From NCBI GenBank assembly GCA_964057225.1, contig OZ059894.1, forward strand, positions 5,146,001 to 5,210,000: 64,000 nt of DNA, given 5' to 3'. Source of the stretch: Auanema rhodensis. Its lineage: Eukaryota > Animalia > Nematoda. Positions 27,401 to 41,251 of the stretch are shown here, piece by piece. Both the position numbers and the translations under genes were made by a program. Below the pieces are notes generated by a model that was not told where the DNA came from, made no database searches, and worked only from the letters and a program-made list of their open reading frames with translations. Position 1 is the first letter of the stretch. Every line of letters starts with the position of its first letter.

Positions 27401-30400
27401 AAAATTAGATTTCGCATGTCCATATTAGTCTTAAAACAAATTTTTATTGATATTGGTGCATGGTAACCATGACTTTAAAATTTACGTGAACTTTAATTTA
27501 TGCTAATTAAGTGAACACATGATGTGCACTTGATATGTAACTCGCTTCACGTGAAAGATAAAGAGATGCGGTTTTCAAAATTAGATTCCTCATGTCCATA
27601 TTAGTCTAAAAACGAATTTTTATTGATATTGATGCATGGTAACCATGACTTTGAAATTTACGTGAACTTTAATTTATGCTTATTAAGTGTACACGTGATG
27701 TGCACTTGGTATGTAACTCGCTTCACGTGAAAGATAAAGGGATGCGGTTTCCAAAATTAGATTCCCGATGTCCATATTAGTCTAAAAACAAATTTTTATT
27801 GATTTTGGTGCATGGTAACCATGACTTTGAAATTTACGTAAACTTTAATTTATGCTAATTAAGTGTACACGTGATGTGCACTTGGTACGTAATTCGCTTC
27901 AAGTCAAAGATAAAGAGATGCGGTTTTCAAAATTAGATTCCCCATGTCCATATTAGTCTAAAAACAAATTTTTGTTGATATTGGTGGATGGTAACCATGA
28001 CTTTCAAATTTACGTGAACTTCAATTTATGCTAATTAAGTGTACACGTGATGTGCACTTGGTATGTAACTCGCTTCAAGTCAAAGATAAAGAGATGCGGT
28101 TTTCAAAATTAGATTCCCCATGTCCATATTAGTCTAAAAACAAATTTTTATTAATATTGGTGCAAGGTAACCATGACTTTGAAATTTACGTGAACTTTAA
28201 TTTATGCTAATTAAGTGTACACATAATGTGCACTTGGTATGTAACTCGCTTCAAGTGAAAGATAAAGAGATGCGGTTTTCAAAATTAGATTTCGCATGTC
28301 CATATTAGTCTAAAAACAAATTTTCATTGATATTGGTGCATGGTAACCATGACTTTAAAATTTACGTGAACTTTAATTTATGCTAATTAAGTGAACACAT
28401 GATGTGCACTTGGTATGTAACTCGCTTCAAGTGAAAGATAAAGAGATGCGGTTTTCAAAATTAGATTTCGCATGTCCATATTAGTCTAAAAACAAATTTT
28501 TATTGATATTGGTGCATGGTAACCATGACTTTAAAATTTACGTGAACTTTAATTTATGCTAATTAAGTGAACACATGATGTGCACTTGGTATGTAACTGG
28601 CTTCACGTCGAAGATAAAGAGATGCGGTTTTCAAAATTAGATTCCCCATGTCCATATTAGTCTAAAAACAAATTTTTATTGATATTGGTGCATGGTAACC
28701 ATGACTTTGAAATTTACGTGAACTTTAATTTATGCGAACTTTAATTTATGCTTATTAAGTGTACACGTGATGTGCACTTGGTATGTAACTCGCTTCACGT
28801 GAAAGATAAAGAGATGCGGTTTTCAAAATTAGATTCTTCATGTCCATATTAGTCTAAAAACGAATTTTTATTGATATTGATGCATGGTAACCATGACTTT
28901 GAAATTTACGTGAACTTTAATTTATGCTAATTAAGTGAACACATGATGTGCACTTGGTATGTAACTGGCTTCACGTCGAAGATAAAGAGATGCGGTTTCC
29001 AAAATTAGATTCCCCATGTCCATATTAGTCTAAAAACAAATTTTTGTTGATATTGGTGGATGGTAACCATGACTTTCAAATTTACGTGAACTTCAATTTA
29101 TGCTAGTTAAGTGTACACGTGATGTGCACTTTGTATGTAACTCGCTTCAAGTGAAAGATAAAGAGATGCGGTTTTCAAAATTAGATTTCGCATGTCCATA
29201 TTAGTCTAAAAACAAATTTTTATTGATATTGGTGCATGGTAACCATGACTTTAAAATTTACGTGAACTTTAATTTATGCTAATTAAGTGGACACATGATG
29301 TGCACTTGGTATGTAACTGGCTTCACGTCGAAGATAAAGAGATGCGGTTTTCAAAATTAGATTCCCCATGTCCATATTAGTCTAAAAACAAATTTTTATT
29401 GATATTGGTGCATGGTAACCATGACTTTGAAATTTACGTGAACTTTAATTTATGCGAACTTTAATTTATGCTTATTAAGTGTACACGTGATGTGCACTTG
29501 GTATGTAACTCGCTTCACGTGAAAGATAAAGAGATGCGGTTTTCAAAATTAGATTCTTCATGTCCATATTAGTCTAAAAACGAATTTTTATTGATATTGA
29601 TGCATGGTAACCATGACTTTGAAATTTACGTGAACTTTAATTTATGCTTATTAAGTGTACACGTGATGTGCACTTGGTATGTAACTCGCTTCACGTGAAA
29701 GATAAAGGGATGCGGTTTTCAAAATTAGATTCCTCATGTCCATATTAGTCTAAAAACAAATTTTTGTTGATATTGGTGGATGGTAACCATGACTTTCAAA
29801 TTTACGTGTACTTCAATTTATGCTAATTAAGTGTACACGTGATGTGCACTTGGTATGTAACTCGCTTCACGTCTAAGATAAAGAGATGCGGTTTTCAAAA
29901 TTAGATTCCCGATGTCCATATTAGTCTAAAAACAAATTTTTGTTGATATTGGTGGATGGTAACCATGACTTTCAAATTTACGTGAACTTCAATTTATGCT
30001 AATTAAGTGTACACGTGATGTGCACTTGGTACGTAATTCGCTTCAAGTCAAAGATAAAGAGATGCGGTTTTCAAAATTAGATTTCCCATGTCCATATTAG
30101 TCTAAAAACAAATTTTTATTAATATTGGTGCATGGTAACCATGACTTTAAAATTTACGTGAACTTCAATTTATGCTAATTAAGTGTACACGTGATGTGCA
30201 CTTGGTATGTAACTCGCTTCAAGTGAAAGATAAAGAGATGCGGTTTTCAAAATTAGATTTCGCATGTCCATATTAGTCTTAAAACAAATTTTTATTGATA
30301 TTAGTGCATGGTAACCATGACTTTAAAATTTACGTGAACTTTAATTTATGCTAATTAAGTGAACACATGATGTGCACTTGGTATGTAACTCGCTTCACGT

Positions 30401-30890
30401 GAAAGATAAAGATTAGATTCCCCATGTCCATATAATTAGATTCCCCATGTCCATATTAGTCTAAAAACAAATTTTTGTTGATATTGGTGGATGGTAACCA
30501 TGACTTTCAAATTTACGTGAACTTCAATTTATGCTAATTAAGTGTACACGTGATGTGCACTTGGTACGTAACTCGCTTCAAGTCAAAGATAAAGAGATGC
30601 GGTTTTCAAAATTAGATTTCCCATGTCCATATTAGTCTAAAAACAAATTTTTATTAATATTGGTGCATGGTAACCATGACTTTAAAATTTACGTGAACTT
30701 TAATTTATGCTAGTTAAGTGTACACGTGATGTGCACTTGCTATGTAACTCGCTTCAAGTGAAAGATAAAGAGATGCGGTTTTCAAAATTAGATTTCGCAT
30801 GTCCATATTAGTCTAAAAACAAATTTTTATTGATATTGGTGCATGGTAACCATGACTTTAAAATTTACGTGAACTTTAATTTATGCTAAT
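24490..30890 (+). repeat. Block repeat, period 4615 bp (26 monomers + 39): ~24490-26275 vs ~29105-30890
   Basis: AGTGGACAC at 24671/29286, the 16-bp duplication at 24825/29440 and the +7 allele at 25797/30412. Confidence 0.87.
25797..25841 (+). repeat. Complex indel (net +7, 183-bp monomer): a 22-bp copy of ATTAGATTCCCCATGTCCATAT replaces 15 bp of AGATGCGGTTTTCAA; second copy at 30412
   Basis: ATAAAG-ATTAGATTCCCCATGTCCATAT-A-ATTAGATTCCCCATGTCCATAT-TAG. The phase shifts by 7. Confidence 0.93.
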
Positions 30891-32690
30891 TAAGTGTACA
30901 CGTGATGTGCACTTGGTATGTAACTCGCTTCACGTGAAAGATGAAGAGATGCGGTTTTCAAAATTAGATTCTTCATGTCCATATTAGTCTAAAAACGAAT
31001 TTTTATTGATATTGATGCATGGTAACCATGACTTTGAAATTTACGTGAACTTTAATTTATGCTTATTAAGTGTACACGTGATGTGCACTTGGTATGTAAC
31101 TCGCTTCACGTGAAAGATAAAGGGATGCGGTTTTCAAAATTAGATTCCTCATGTCCATATTAGTCTAAAAACAAATTTTTGTTGATATTGGTGGATGGTA
31201 ACCATGACTTTCAAATTTACGTGTACTTCAATTTATGCTAATTAAGTGTACACGTGATGTGCACTTGGTATGTAACTCGCTTCACGTCTAAGATAAAGAG
31301 ATGCGGTTTTCAAAATTAGATTCCCGATGTCCATATTAGTCTAAAAACAAATTTTTGTTGATATTGGTGGATGGTAACCATGACTTTCAAATTTACGTGA
31401 ACTTCAATTTATGCTAATTAAGTGTACACGTGATGTGCACTTGGTACGTAATTCGCTTCAAGTCAAAGATAAAGAGATGCGGTTTTCAAAATTAGATTTC
31501 CCATGTTCATATTAGTCTAAAAACAAATTTTTATTAATATTGGTGCATGGTAACCATGACTTTAAAATTTACGTGAACTTTAATTTATGCTAATTAAGTG
31601 TACACGTGATGTGCACTTGGTATGTAACTCGCTTCAAGTGAAAGATAAAGAGATGCGGTTTTCAAAATTAGATTTCGCATGTCCATATTAGTCTTAAAAC
31701 AAATTTTTATTGATATTGGTGCATGGTAACCATGACTTTAAAATTTACGTGAACTTTAATTTATGCTAATTAAGTGAACACATGATGTGCACTTGATATG
31801 TAACTCGCTTCACGTGAAAGATAAAGAGATGCGGTTTTCAAAATTAGATTCCTCATGTCCATATTAGTCTAAAAACGAATTTTTATTGATATTGATGCAT
31901 GGTAACCATGACTTTGAAATTTACGTGAACTTTAATTTATGCTTATTAAGTGTACACGTGATGTGCACTTGGTATGTAACTCGCTTCACGTGAAAGATAA
32001 AGGGATGCGGTTTCCAAAATTAGATTCCCGATGTCCATATTAGTCTAAAAACAAATTTTTATTGATATTGGTGCATGGTAACCATGACTTTGAAATTTAC
32101 GTAAACTTTAATTTATGCTAATTAAGTGTACACGTGATGTGCACTTGGTACGTAATTCGCTTCAAGTCAAAGATAAAGAGATGCGGTTTTCAAAATTAGA
32201 TTCCCCATGTCCATATTAGTCTAAAAACAAATTTTTGTTGATATTGGTGGATGGTAACCATGACTTTCAAATTTACGTGAACTTCAATTTATGCTAATTA
32301 AGTGTACACGTGATGTGCACTTGGTATGTAACTCGCTTCAAGTCAAAGATAAAGAGATGCGGTTTTCAAAATTAGATTCCCCATGTCCATATTAGTCTAA
32401 AAACAAATTTTTATTAATATTGGTGCAAGGTAACCATGACTTTGAAATTTACGTGAACTTTAATTTATGCTAATTAAGTGTACACATAATGTGCACTTGG
32501 TATGTAACTCGCTTCAAGTGAAAGATAAAGAGATGCGGTTTTCAAAATTAGATTTCGCATGTCCATATTAGTCTAAAAACAAATTTTCATTGATATTGGT
32601 GCATGGTAACCATGACTTTAAAATTTACGTGAACTTTAATTTATGCTAATTAAGTGAACACATGATGTGCACTTGGTATGTAACTCGCTT
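26700..32690 (+). repeat. Block repeat, period 4263 bp (24 monomers + 39): ~26700-28425 vs ~30960-32690
   Basis: TGATATGTAA at 27531/31794, TGCAAGG at 28161/32424 and TTTTCATTG at 28321/32584. Confidence 0.82.
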
Positions 32691-33419
32691 TACGTGAAAG
32701 ATAAAGAGATGCGGTTTTCAAAATTAGATTCCTCATGTCCATATTAGTCTAAAAACGAATTTTTATTGATATTGGTGGATGGTAACCATGACTTTCAAAT
32801 TTACGTGTACTTCAATTTATGCTAATTAAGTGTACACGTGATGTGCACTTGGTATGTAACTCGCTTCACGTCAAAGATAAAGAGATGCGGTTTTCAAAAT
32901 TAGATTCCCGATGTCCATATTGGTCTAAAAACAAATTTTTGTTGATATTGGTGGATGGTAACCATGACTTTCAAATTTACGTGAACTTCAATTTATGCTA
33001 ATTAAGTGTACACGTGATGTGCACTTGGTACGTAATTCGCTTCAAGTCAAAGATAAAGAGATGCGGTTTTCAAAATTAGATTTCCCATGTCCATATTAGT
33101 CTAAAAACAAATTTTTATTAATATTGGTGCATGGTAACCATGACTTTAAAATTTACGTGAACTTTAATTTATGCTAATTAAGTGTACACGTGATGTGCAC
33201 TTGGTATGTAACTCGCTTCAAGTGAAAGATAAAGAGATGCGGTTTTCAAAATTAGATTTCGCATGTCCATATTAGTCTAAAAACAAATTTTTATTGATAT
33301 TGGTGCATGGTAACCATGACTTTAAAATTTACGTGAACTTTAATTTATGCTGATTAAGTGAACACATGATTTGCACTTGTTATGTAACTCGCTTCACGTG
33401 AAAGATAAAGAGATGCGGT

Positions 33420-36400
33420 TTTCAAAATTAGATTTCGCATGTCCATATTAGTCTAAGAACAAATTTTTATTGATATTGATGCATGGTAACCATGACTTTC
33501 AAATTTACGTGTACTTCAATTTATGCTAATTAAGTGTACACGTGATGTGCACTTGGTATGTAACTCGCTTCACGTCGAAGATAAAGAGATGCGGTTTTCA
33601 AAATTAGATTCCCCATGTCCATATTAGTCTAAAAACAAATTTTTATTGATATTGGTGCATGGTAACCATGACTTTGAAATTTACGTGAACTTTAATTTAT
33701 GCTAATTAAGTGTACACGTGATGTGCACTTGGTATGTAACTCGCTTCACGTGAAAGATGAAGAGATGCGGTTTTCAAAATTAGATTCTTCATGTCCATAT
33801 TAGTCTAAAAACGAATTTTTATTGATATTGATGCATGGTAACCATGACTTTGAAATTTACGTGAACTTTAATTTATGCTTATTAAGTGTACACGTGATGT
33901 GCACTTGGTATGTAACTCGCTTCACGTGAAAGATAAAGGGATGCGGTTTTCAAAATTAGATTCCTCATGTCCATATTAGTCTAAAAACAAATTTTTGTTG
34001 ATATTGGTGGATGGTAACCATGACTTTCAAATTTACGTGAACTTTAATTTATGCTAATTAAGTGTACACGTGATGTGCACTTGGGATGTAACTCGCTTCA
34101 CGTCTAAGATAAAGAGATGCGGTTTTCAAAATTAGATTCCCGATGTCCATATTAGTCTAAAAACAAATTTTTGTTGATATTGGTGGATGGTAACCATGAC
34201 TTTCAAATTTACGTGAACTTCAATTTATGCTAATTAAGTGTACACGTGATGTGCACTTGGTACGTAATTCGCTTCAAGTCAAAGATAAAGAGATGCGGTT
34301 TTCAAAATTAGATTTCCCATGTTCATATTAGTCTAAAAACAAATTTTTATTAATATTGGTGCATGGTAACCATGACTTTAAAATTTACGTGAACTTTAAT
34401 TTATGCTAATTAAGTGTACACGTGATGTGCACTTGGTATGTAACTCGCTTCAAGTGAAAGATAAAGAGATGCGGTTTTCAAAATTAGATTTCGCATGTCC
34501 ATATTAGTCTAAAAACAAATTTTTATTGATATTGGTGCATGGTAACCATGACTTTAAAATTTACGTGAACTTTAATTTATGCTGATTAAGTGAACACATG
34601 ATTTGCACTTGGTATGTAACTCGCTTCACGTGAAAGATAAAGAGATGCGGTTTTCAAAATTAGATTCCTCATGTCCATATTAGTCTAAAAACAAATTTTT
34701 GTTGATATTGGTGGATGGTAACCATGACTTTCAAATTTACGTGTACTTCAATTTATGCTAATTAAGTGTACACGTGATGTGCACTTGGTATGTAACTCGC
34801 TTCAAGTCAAAAATAAAGAGATGCGGTTTTCAAAATTAGATTTTGCATGTCCATATTAGTCTAAAAACAAATTTTTATTGATATTGATGCATGGTAACCA
34901 TGACTTTCAAATTTACGTGTACTTCAATTTATGCTAATTAAGTGTACACGTGATGTGCACTTGGTATGTAACTCGCTTCACGTCAAAGATAAAGAGATGC
35001 GGTTTTCAAAATTAGATTCCCGATGTCCATATTAGTCTAAAAACAAAGTTTTGTTGATATTGGTGGATGGTAACCATGACTTTCAAATTTACGTGAACTT
35101 CAATTTGTGCTAATTAAGTGTACACGTGATGTGCACTTGGTACGTAATTCGCTTCAAGTCAAAGATAAAGAGATGCGGTTTTCAAAATTAGATTTCGCAT
35201 GTCCATATTAGTCTAAAAACAAATTTTTATTGATATTGGTGCATGGTAACCATGACTTTAAAATTTACGTGAACTTTAATTTATGCTAATTAAGTGAACA
35301 CATGATGTGCACTTGGTATGTAACTCGCTTCACGTGAAAGATAAAGAGATGCGGTTTTCAAAATTAGATTCCTCATGTCCATATTAGTCTAAAAACGAAT
35401 TTTTATTGATATTGATGCATGGTAACCATGACTTTGAAATTTACGTGAACTTTAATTTATGCTTATTAAGTGTACACGTGATGTGCACTTGGTATGTAAC
35501 TCGCTTCACGTGAAAGATAAAGGGATGCGGTTTCCAAAATTAGATTCCCGATGTCCATATTAGTCCAAAAACAAATTTTTATTGATATTGGTGCATGGTA
35601 ACCATGACTTTGAAATTTACGTAAACTTTAATTTATGCTAATTAAGTGTACACGTGATGTGCACTTGGTACGTAATTCGCTTCAAGTCAAAGATAAAGAG
35701 ATGCGGTTTTCAAAATTAGATTCCCCATGTCCATATTAGTCTAAAAACAAATTTTTGTTGATATTGGTGGATGGTAACCATGACTTTCAAATTTACGTGA
35801 ACTTCAATTTATGCTAATTAAGTGTACACGTGATGTGCACTTGGTATGTAACTCGCTTCAAGTCAAAGATAAAGAGATGCGGTTTTCAAAATTAGATTCC
35901 CCATGTCCATATTAGTCTAAAAACAAATTTTTATTAATATTGGTGCATGGTAACCATGACTTTGAAATTTACGTGAACTTTAATTTATGCTAATTAAGTG
36001 TACACATAATGTGCACTTGGTATGTAACTCGCTTCAAGTAAAAGATAAAGAGATGCGGTTTTCAAAATTAGATTTCGCATGTCCATATTAGTCTAAAAAC
36101 AAATTTTTATTGATATTGATGCATGGTAACCATGACTTTAAAATTTACGTGAACTTTAATTTATGCTAATTAAGTGAACACATGATGTGCACTTGGTATG
36201 TAACTCGCTTTACGTGAAAGATAAAGAGATGCGGTTTTCAAAATTAGATTCCTCATGTCCATATTAGTCTAAAAACGAATTTTTATTGATATTGGTGGAT
36301 GGTAACCATGACTTTCAAATTTACGTGTACTTCAATTTATGCTAATTAAGTGTACACGTGATGTGCACTTGGTATGTAACTCGCTTCACGTCAAAGATAA

Positions 36401-39400
36401 AGAGATGCGGTTTTCAAAATTAGATTCCCGATGTCCATATTAGTCTAAAAACAAATTTTTGTTGATATTGGTGGATGGTAACCATGACTTTAAAATTTAC
36501 GTGAACTTTATTTTATGCTAATTAAGTGAACACATGACTTTAATTTATGCTAATTAAGTGAACACATGATGTGCACTTGGTATGTAACTCGCTTTACGTG
36601 AAAGATAAAGAGATGCGGTTTTCAAAATTAGATTCCTCATGTCCATATTAGTCTAAAAACGAATTTTTATTGATATTGGTGGATGGTAACCATGACTTTC
36701 AAATTTACGTGTACTTCAATTTATGCTAATTAAGTGTACACGTGATGTGCACTTGGTATGTAACTCGCTTCACGTCAAAGATAAAGAGATGCGGTTTTCA
36801 AAATTAGATTCCCGATGTCCATATTAGTCTAAAAACAAATTTTTGTTGATATTGGTGGATGGTAACCATGACTTTCAAATTTACGTGAACTTCAATTTAT
36901 GCTAATTAAGTGTACACGTGATGTGCACTTGGTACGTAATTCGCTTCAAGTCAAAGATAAAGAGATGCGGTTTTCAAAATTAGATTTCGCATGTCCATAT
37001 TAGTCTAAAAACAAATTTTTATTGATATTGATGCATGGTAACCATGACTTTCAAATTTACGTGTACTTCAATTTATGCTAATTAAGTGTACACGTGATGT
37101 GCACTTGGTATGTAACTCGCTTCACGTCAAAGATAAAGAGATGCGGTTTTCAAAGTTAGATTCCCGATGTCCATATTAGTCTAAAAACAAATTTTTGTTG
37201 ATATTGGTGGATGGTAACCATGACTTTCAAATTTACGTGTACTTCAATTTATGCTAATTAAGTGTACACGTGATGTGCACTTGGTATGTAACTCGCTTCA
37301 AGTCAAAGATAAAGAGATGCGGTTTTCAAAATTAGATTTCGCATGTCCATATTAGTCTAAAAACAAATTTTTATTGATATTGATGCATGGTAACCATGAC
37401 TTTCAAATTTACGTGTACTTCAATTTATGCTAATTAAGTGTACACGTGATGTGCACTTGGTATGTAACTCGCTTCACGTCAAAGATAAAGAGATGCGGTT
37501 TTCAAAATTAGATTCCCGATGTCCATATTAGTCTAAAAACAAATTTTTGTTGATATTGGTGGATGGTAACCATGACTTTCAAATTTACGTGAACTTCAAT
37601 TTATGCTAATTAAGTGTACACGTGATGTGCACTTGGTATGTAACTCGCTTCACGTCAAAGATAAAGAGATGCGGTTTTCAAAATTAGATTTCCCATGTTC
37701 ATATTAGTCTAAAAACAAATTTTTATTAATATTGGTGCATGGTAACCATGACTTTAAAATTTACGTGAACTTTAATTTATGCTAGTTAAGTGTACACGTG
37801 ATGTGCACTTGCTATGTAACTCGCTTCAAGTGAAAGATAAAGAGATGCGGTTTTCAAAATTAGATTTCGCATGTCCATATTAGTCTAAAAACAAATTTTT
37901 ATTGATATTGGTGCATGGTAACCATGACTTTAAAATTTACGTGAACTTTATCTTATGCTAATTAAGTGAACACATGATGTGCACTTGGTATGTAACTGGC
38001 TTCACGTCGAAGATAAAGAGATGCGGTTTTCAAAATTAGATTCCCCATGTCCATATTAGTCTAAAAACAAATTTTTATTGATATTGGTGCATGGTAACCA
38101 TGACTTTGAAATTTACGTGAACTTTAATTTATGCTAATTAAGTGTACACGTGATGTGCACTTGGTATGTAACTCGCTTCACGTGAAAGATGAAGAGATGC
38201 GGTTTTCAAAATTAGATTCCTCATGTCCATATTAGTCTAAAAACGAATTTTTATTGATATTGATGCATGGTAACCATGACTTTGAAATTTACGTGAACTT
38301 TAATTTATGCTAATTAAGTGTACACGTGATGTGCACTTGGTATGTAACTCGCTTCACGTGAAAGATGAAGAGATGCGGTTTTCAAAATTAGATTCTTCAT
38401 GTCCATATTAGTCTAAAAACGAATTTTTATTGATATTGGTGGATGGTAACCATGACTTTCAAATTTACGTGAACTTCAATTTATGCTAATTAAGTGTACA
38501 CGTGATGTGCACTTGGTATGTAACTCGCTTCACGTGAAAGATGAAGAGATGCGGTTTTCAAAATTAGATTCTTCATGTCCATATTAGTCTAAAAACGAAT
38601 TTTTATTGATATTGATGCATGGTAACCATGACTTTCAAATTTACGTGAACTTCAATTTATGCTAATTAAGTGTACACGTGATGTGCACTTGCTATGTAAC
38701 ACGCTTCAAGTGAAAGATAAAGAGATGCGGTTTTCAAAATTAGATTTCGCATGTCCATATTAGTCTAAAAACAAATTTTTATTGATATTGGTGCATGGTA
38801 ACCATGACTTTAAAATTTACGTGAACTTTAATTTATGCTAATTAAGTGAACACATGATGTGCACTTGGTATGTAACTGGCTTCACGTCGAAGATAAAGAG
38901 ATGCGGTTTTCAAAATTAGATTCCCCATGTCCATATTAGTCTAAAAACAAATTTTTATTGATATTGGTGCATGGTAACCATGACTTTCAAATTTACGTGT
39001 ACTTCAATTTATGCTAATTAAGTGTACACGTGATGTGCACTTGGTATGTAACTCGCTTCAAGTCAAAGATAAAGAGATGCGGTTTTCAAAATTAGATTTC
39101 GCATGTCCATATTAGTCTAAAAACAAATTTTTATTGATATTGATGCATGGTAACCATGACTTTCAAATTTACGTGTACTTCAATTTATGCTAATTAAGTG
39201 TACACGTGATGTGCACTTGGTATGTAACTCGCTTCACGTCGAAGATAAAGAGATGCGGTTTTCAAAATTAGATTCCCCATGTCCATATTAGTCTAAAAAC
39301 AAATTTTTATTGATATTGGTGCATGGTAACCATGACTTTGAAATTTACGTGAACTTTAATTTATGCTAATTAAGTGTACACGTGATGTGCACTTGGTATG

Positions 39401-41193
39401 TAACTCGCTTCACGTGAAAGATGAAGAGATGCGGTTTTCAAAATTAGATTCTTCATGTCCATATTAGTCTAAAAACGAATTTTTATTGATATTGATGCAT
39501 GGTAACCATGACTTTGAAATTTACGTGAACTTTAATTTATGCTTATTAAGTGTACACGTGATGTGCACTTGGTATGTAACTCGCTTCACGTGAAAGATAA
39601 AGGGATGCGGTTTTCAAAATTAGATTCCTCATGTCCATATTAGTCTAAAAACAAATTTTTGTTGATATTGGTGGATGGTAACCATGACTTTCAAATTTAC
39701 GTGAACTTTAATTTATGCTAATTAAGTGTACACGTGATGTGCACTTGGGATGTAACTCGCTTCACGTCTAAGATAAAGAGATGCGGTTTTCAAAATTAGA
39801 TTCCCGATGTCCATATTAGTCTAAAAACAAATTTTTGTTGATATTGGTGGATGGTAACCATGACTTTCAAATTTACGTGAACTTCAATTTATGCTAATTA
39901 AGTGTACACGTGATGTGCACTTGGTACGTAATTCGCTTCAAGTCAAAGATAAAGAGATGCGGTTTTCAAAATTAGATTTCCCATGTTCATATTAGTCTAA
40001 AAACAAATTTTTATTAATATTGGTGCATGGTAACCATGACTTTAAAATTTACGTGAACTTTAATTTATGCTAATTAAGTGTACACGTGATGTGCACTTGG
40101 TATGTAACTCGCTTCAAGTGAAAGATAAAGAGATGCGGTTTTCAAAATTAGATTTCGCATGTCCATATTAGTCTAAAAACAAATTTTTATTGATATTGGT
40201 GCATGGTAACCATGACTTTAAAATTTACGTGAACTTTAATTTATGCTGATTAAGTGAACACATGATTTGCACTTGGTATGTAACTCGCTTCACGTGAAAG
40301 ATAAAGAGATGCGGTTTTCAAAATTAGATTCCTCATGTCCATATTAGTCTAAAAACAAATTTTTGTTGATATTGGTGGATGGTAACCATGACTTTCAAAT
40401 TTACGTGTACTTCAATTTATGCTAATTAAGTGTACACGTGATGTGCACTTGGTATGTAACTCGCTTCAAGTCAAAAATAAAGAGATGCGGTTTTCAAAAT
40501 TAGATTTTGCATGTCCATATTAGTCTAAAAACAAATTTTTATTGATATTGATGCATGGTAACCATGACTTTCAAATTTACGTGTACTTCAATTTATGCTA
40601 ATTAAGTGTACACGTGATGTGCACTTGGTATGTAACTCGCTTCACGTCAAAGATAAAGAGATGCGGTTTTCAAAATTAGATTCCCGATGTCCATATTAGT
40701 CTAAAAACAAAGTTTTGTTGATATTGGTGGATGGTAACCATGACTTTCAAATTTACGTGAACTTCAATTTATGCTAATTAAGTGTACACGTGATGTGCAC
40801 TTGGTACGTAATTCGCTTCAAGTCAAAGATAAAGAGATGCGGTTTTCAAAATTAGATTTCGCATGTCCATATTAGTCTAAAAACAAATTTTTATTGATAT
40901 TGGTGCATGGTAACCATGACTTTAAAATTTACGTGAACTTTAATTTATGCTGATTAAGTGAACACATGATGTGCACTTGGTATGTAACTCGCTTCACGTG
41001 AAAGATAAAGAGATGCGGTTTTCAAAATTAGATTCCTCATGTCCATATTAGTCTAAAAACGAATTTTTATTGATATTGATGCATGGTAACCATGACTTTG
41101 AAATTTACGTGAACTTTAATTTATGCTTATTAAGTGTACACGTGATGTGCACTTGGTATGTAACTCGCTTCACGTGAAAGATAAAGGGATGCG
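33420..41193 (+). repeat. Block repeat, period 5664 bp (32 monomers + 32): ~33420-35529 vs ~39085-41193; the second copy ends at junction 1
   Basis: TTGGGATG at 34081/39745, AGTCAAAAATAA/GATTTTGC at ~34805-34847 and ~40469-40511, and ACAAAGTTTT (G at 35048/40712). Confidence 0.85.
36505..36568 (+). repeat. 32-bp tandem micro-duplication (ACTTTAwTTTATGCTAATTAAGTGAACACATG)x2, giving a 208-bp monomer; also at 45576-45639 (-), 49128-49191 (-) and 60369-60432 (+)
   Basis: Read directly. The distance 35641 to 37081 is 8x176+32. Confidence 0.95.
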
Positions 41194-41251
41194 AAAAAAA
41201 AAAAAAAAAAAAAAAGGAAAAAAAAAAAAAAAAAAAAAAGAAAAAAAAAAG
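41194..41251. other. 58-bp non-satellite A-rich tract (A22-GG-A22-G-A10-G) at inversion junction 1
   Basis: The forward monomer stops at ...AAAGGGATGCG (41193). The reverse satellite starts at AAAAATTCGTTTTTAGAC (41252). This is the only non-satellite sequence in the window. Its right edge is ambiguous by a few A's. Confidence 0.97.

Larger units (their letters stand above)
1..41193 (+). repeat. 176-bp tandem satellite array, block 1 (orientation arbitrarily called +), ~234 monomers
   Basis: The monomer start ATTTATGCT(A/T)ATTAAGTG recurs at 1, 177, 2641 (15x176) and 21121 (120x176). Phase is exact with no net indel up to ~23240. Consensus: atttatgctaattaagtgtacacgtgatgtgcacttggtatgtaactcgcttca(c/a)gt(g/c)aaagataaagagatgcggttttcaaaattagattccc(c/g)atgtccatattagtctaaaaacaaattttt(a/g)ttgatattggtg(c/g)atggtaaccatgacttt(g/c/a)aaatttacgtgaactt(t/c)a. 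Confidence 0.99.

Noticed and set aside
41194-41251. Retrotransposon insertion, sequencing adapter or telomere seed at junction 1
   Set aside because: There is no element body, target-site duplication, recognisable adapter sequence or telomeric repeat. It is kept only as an A-rich filler of unknown origin.
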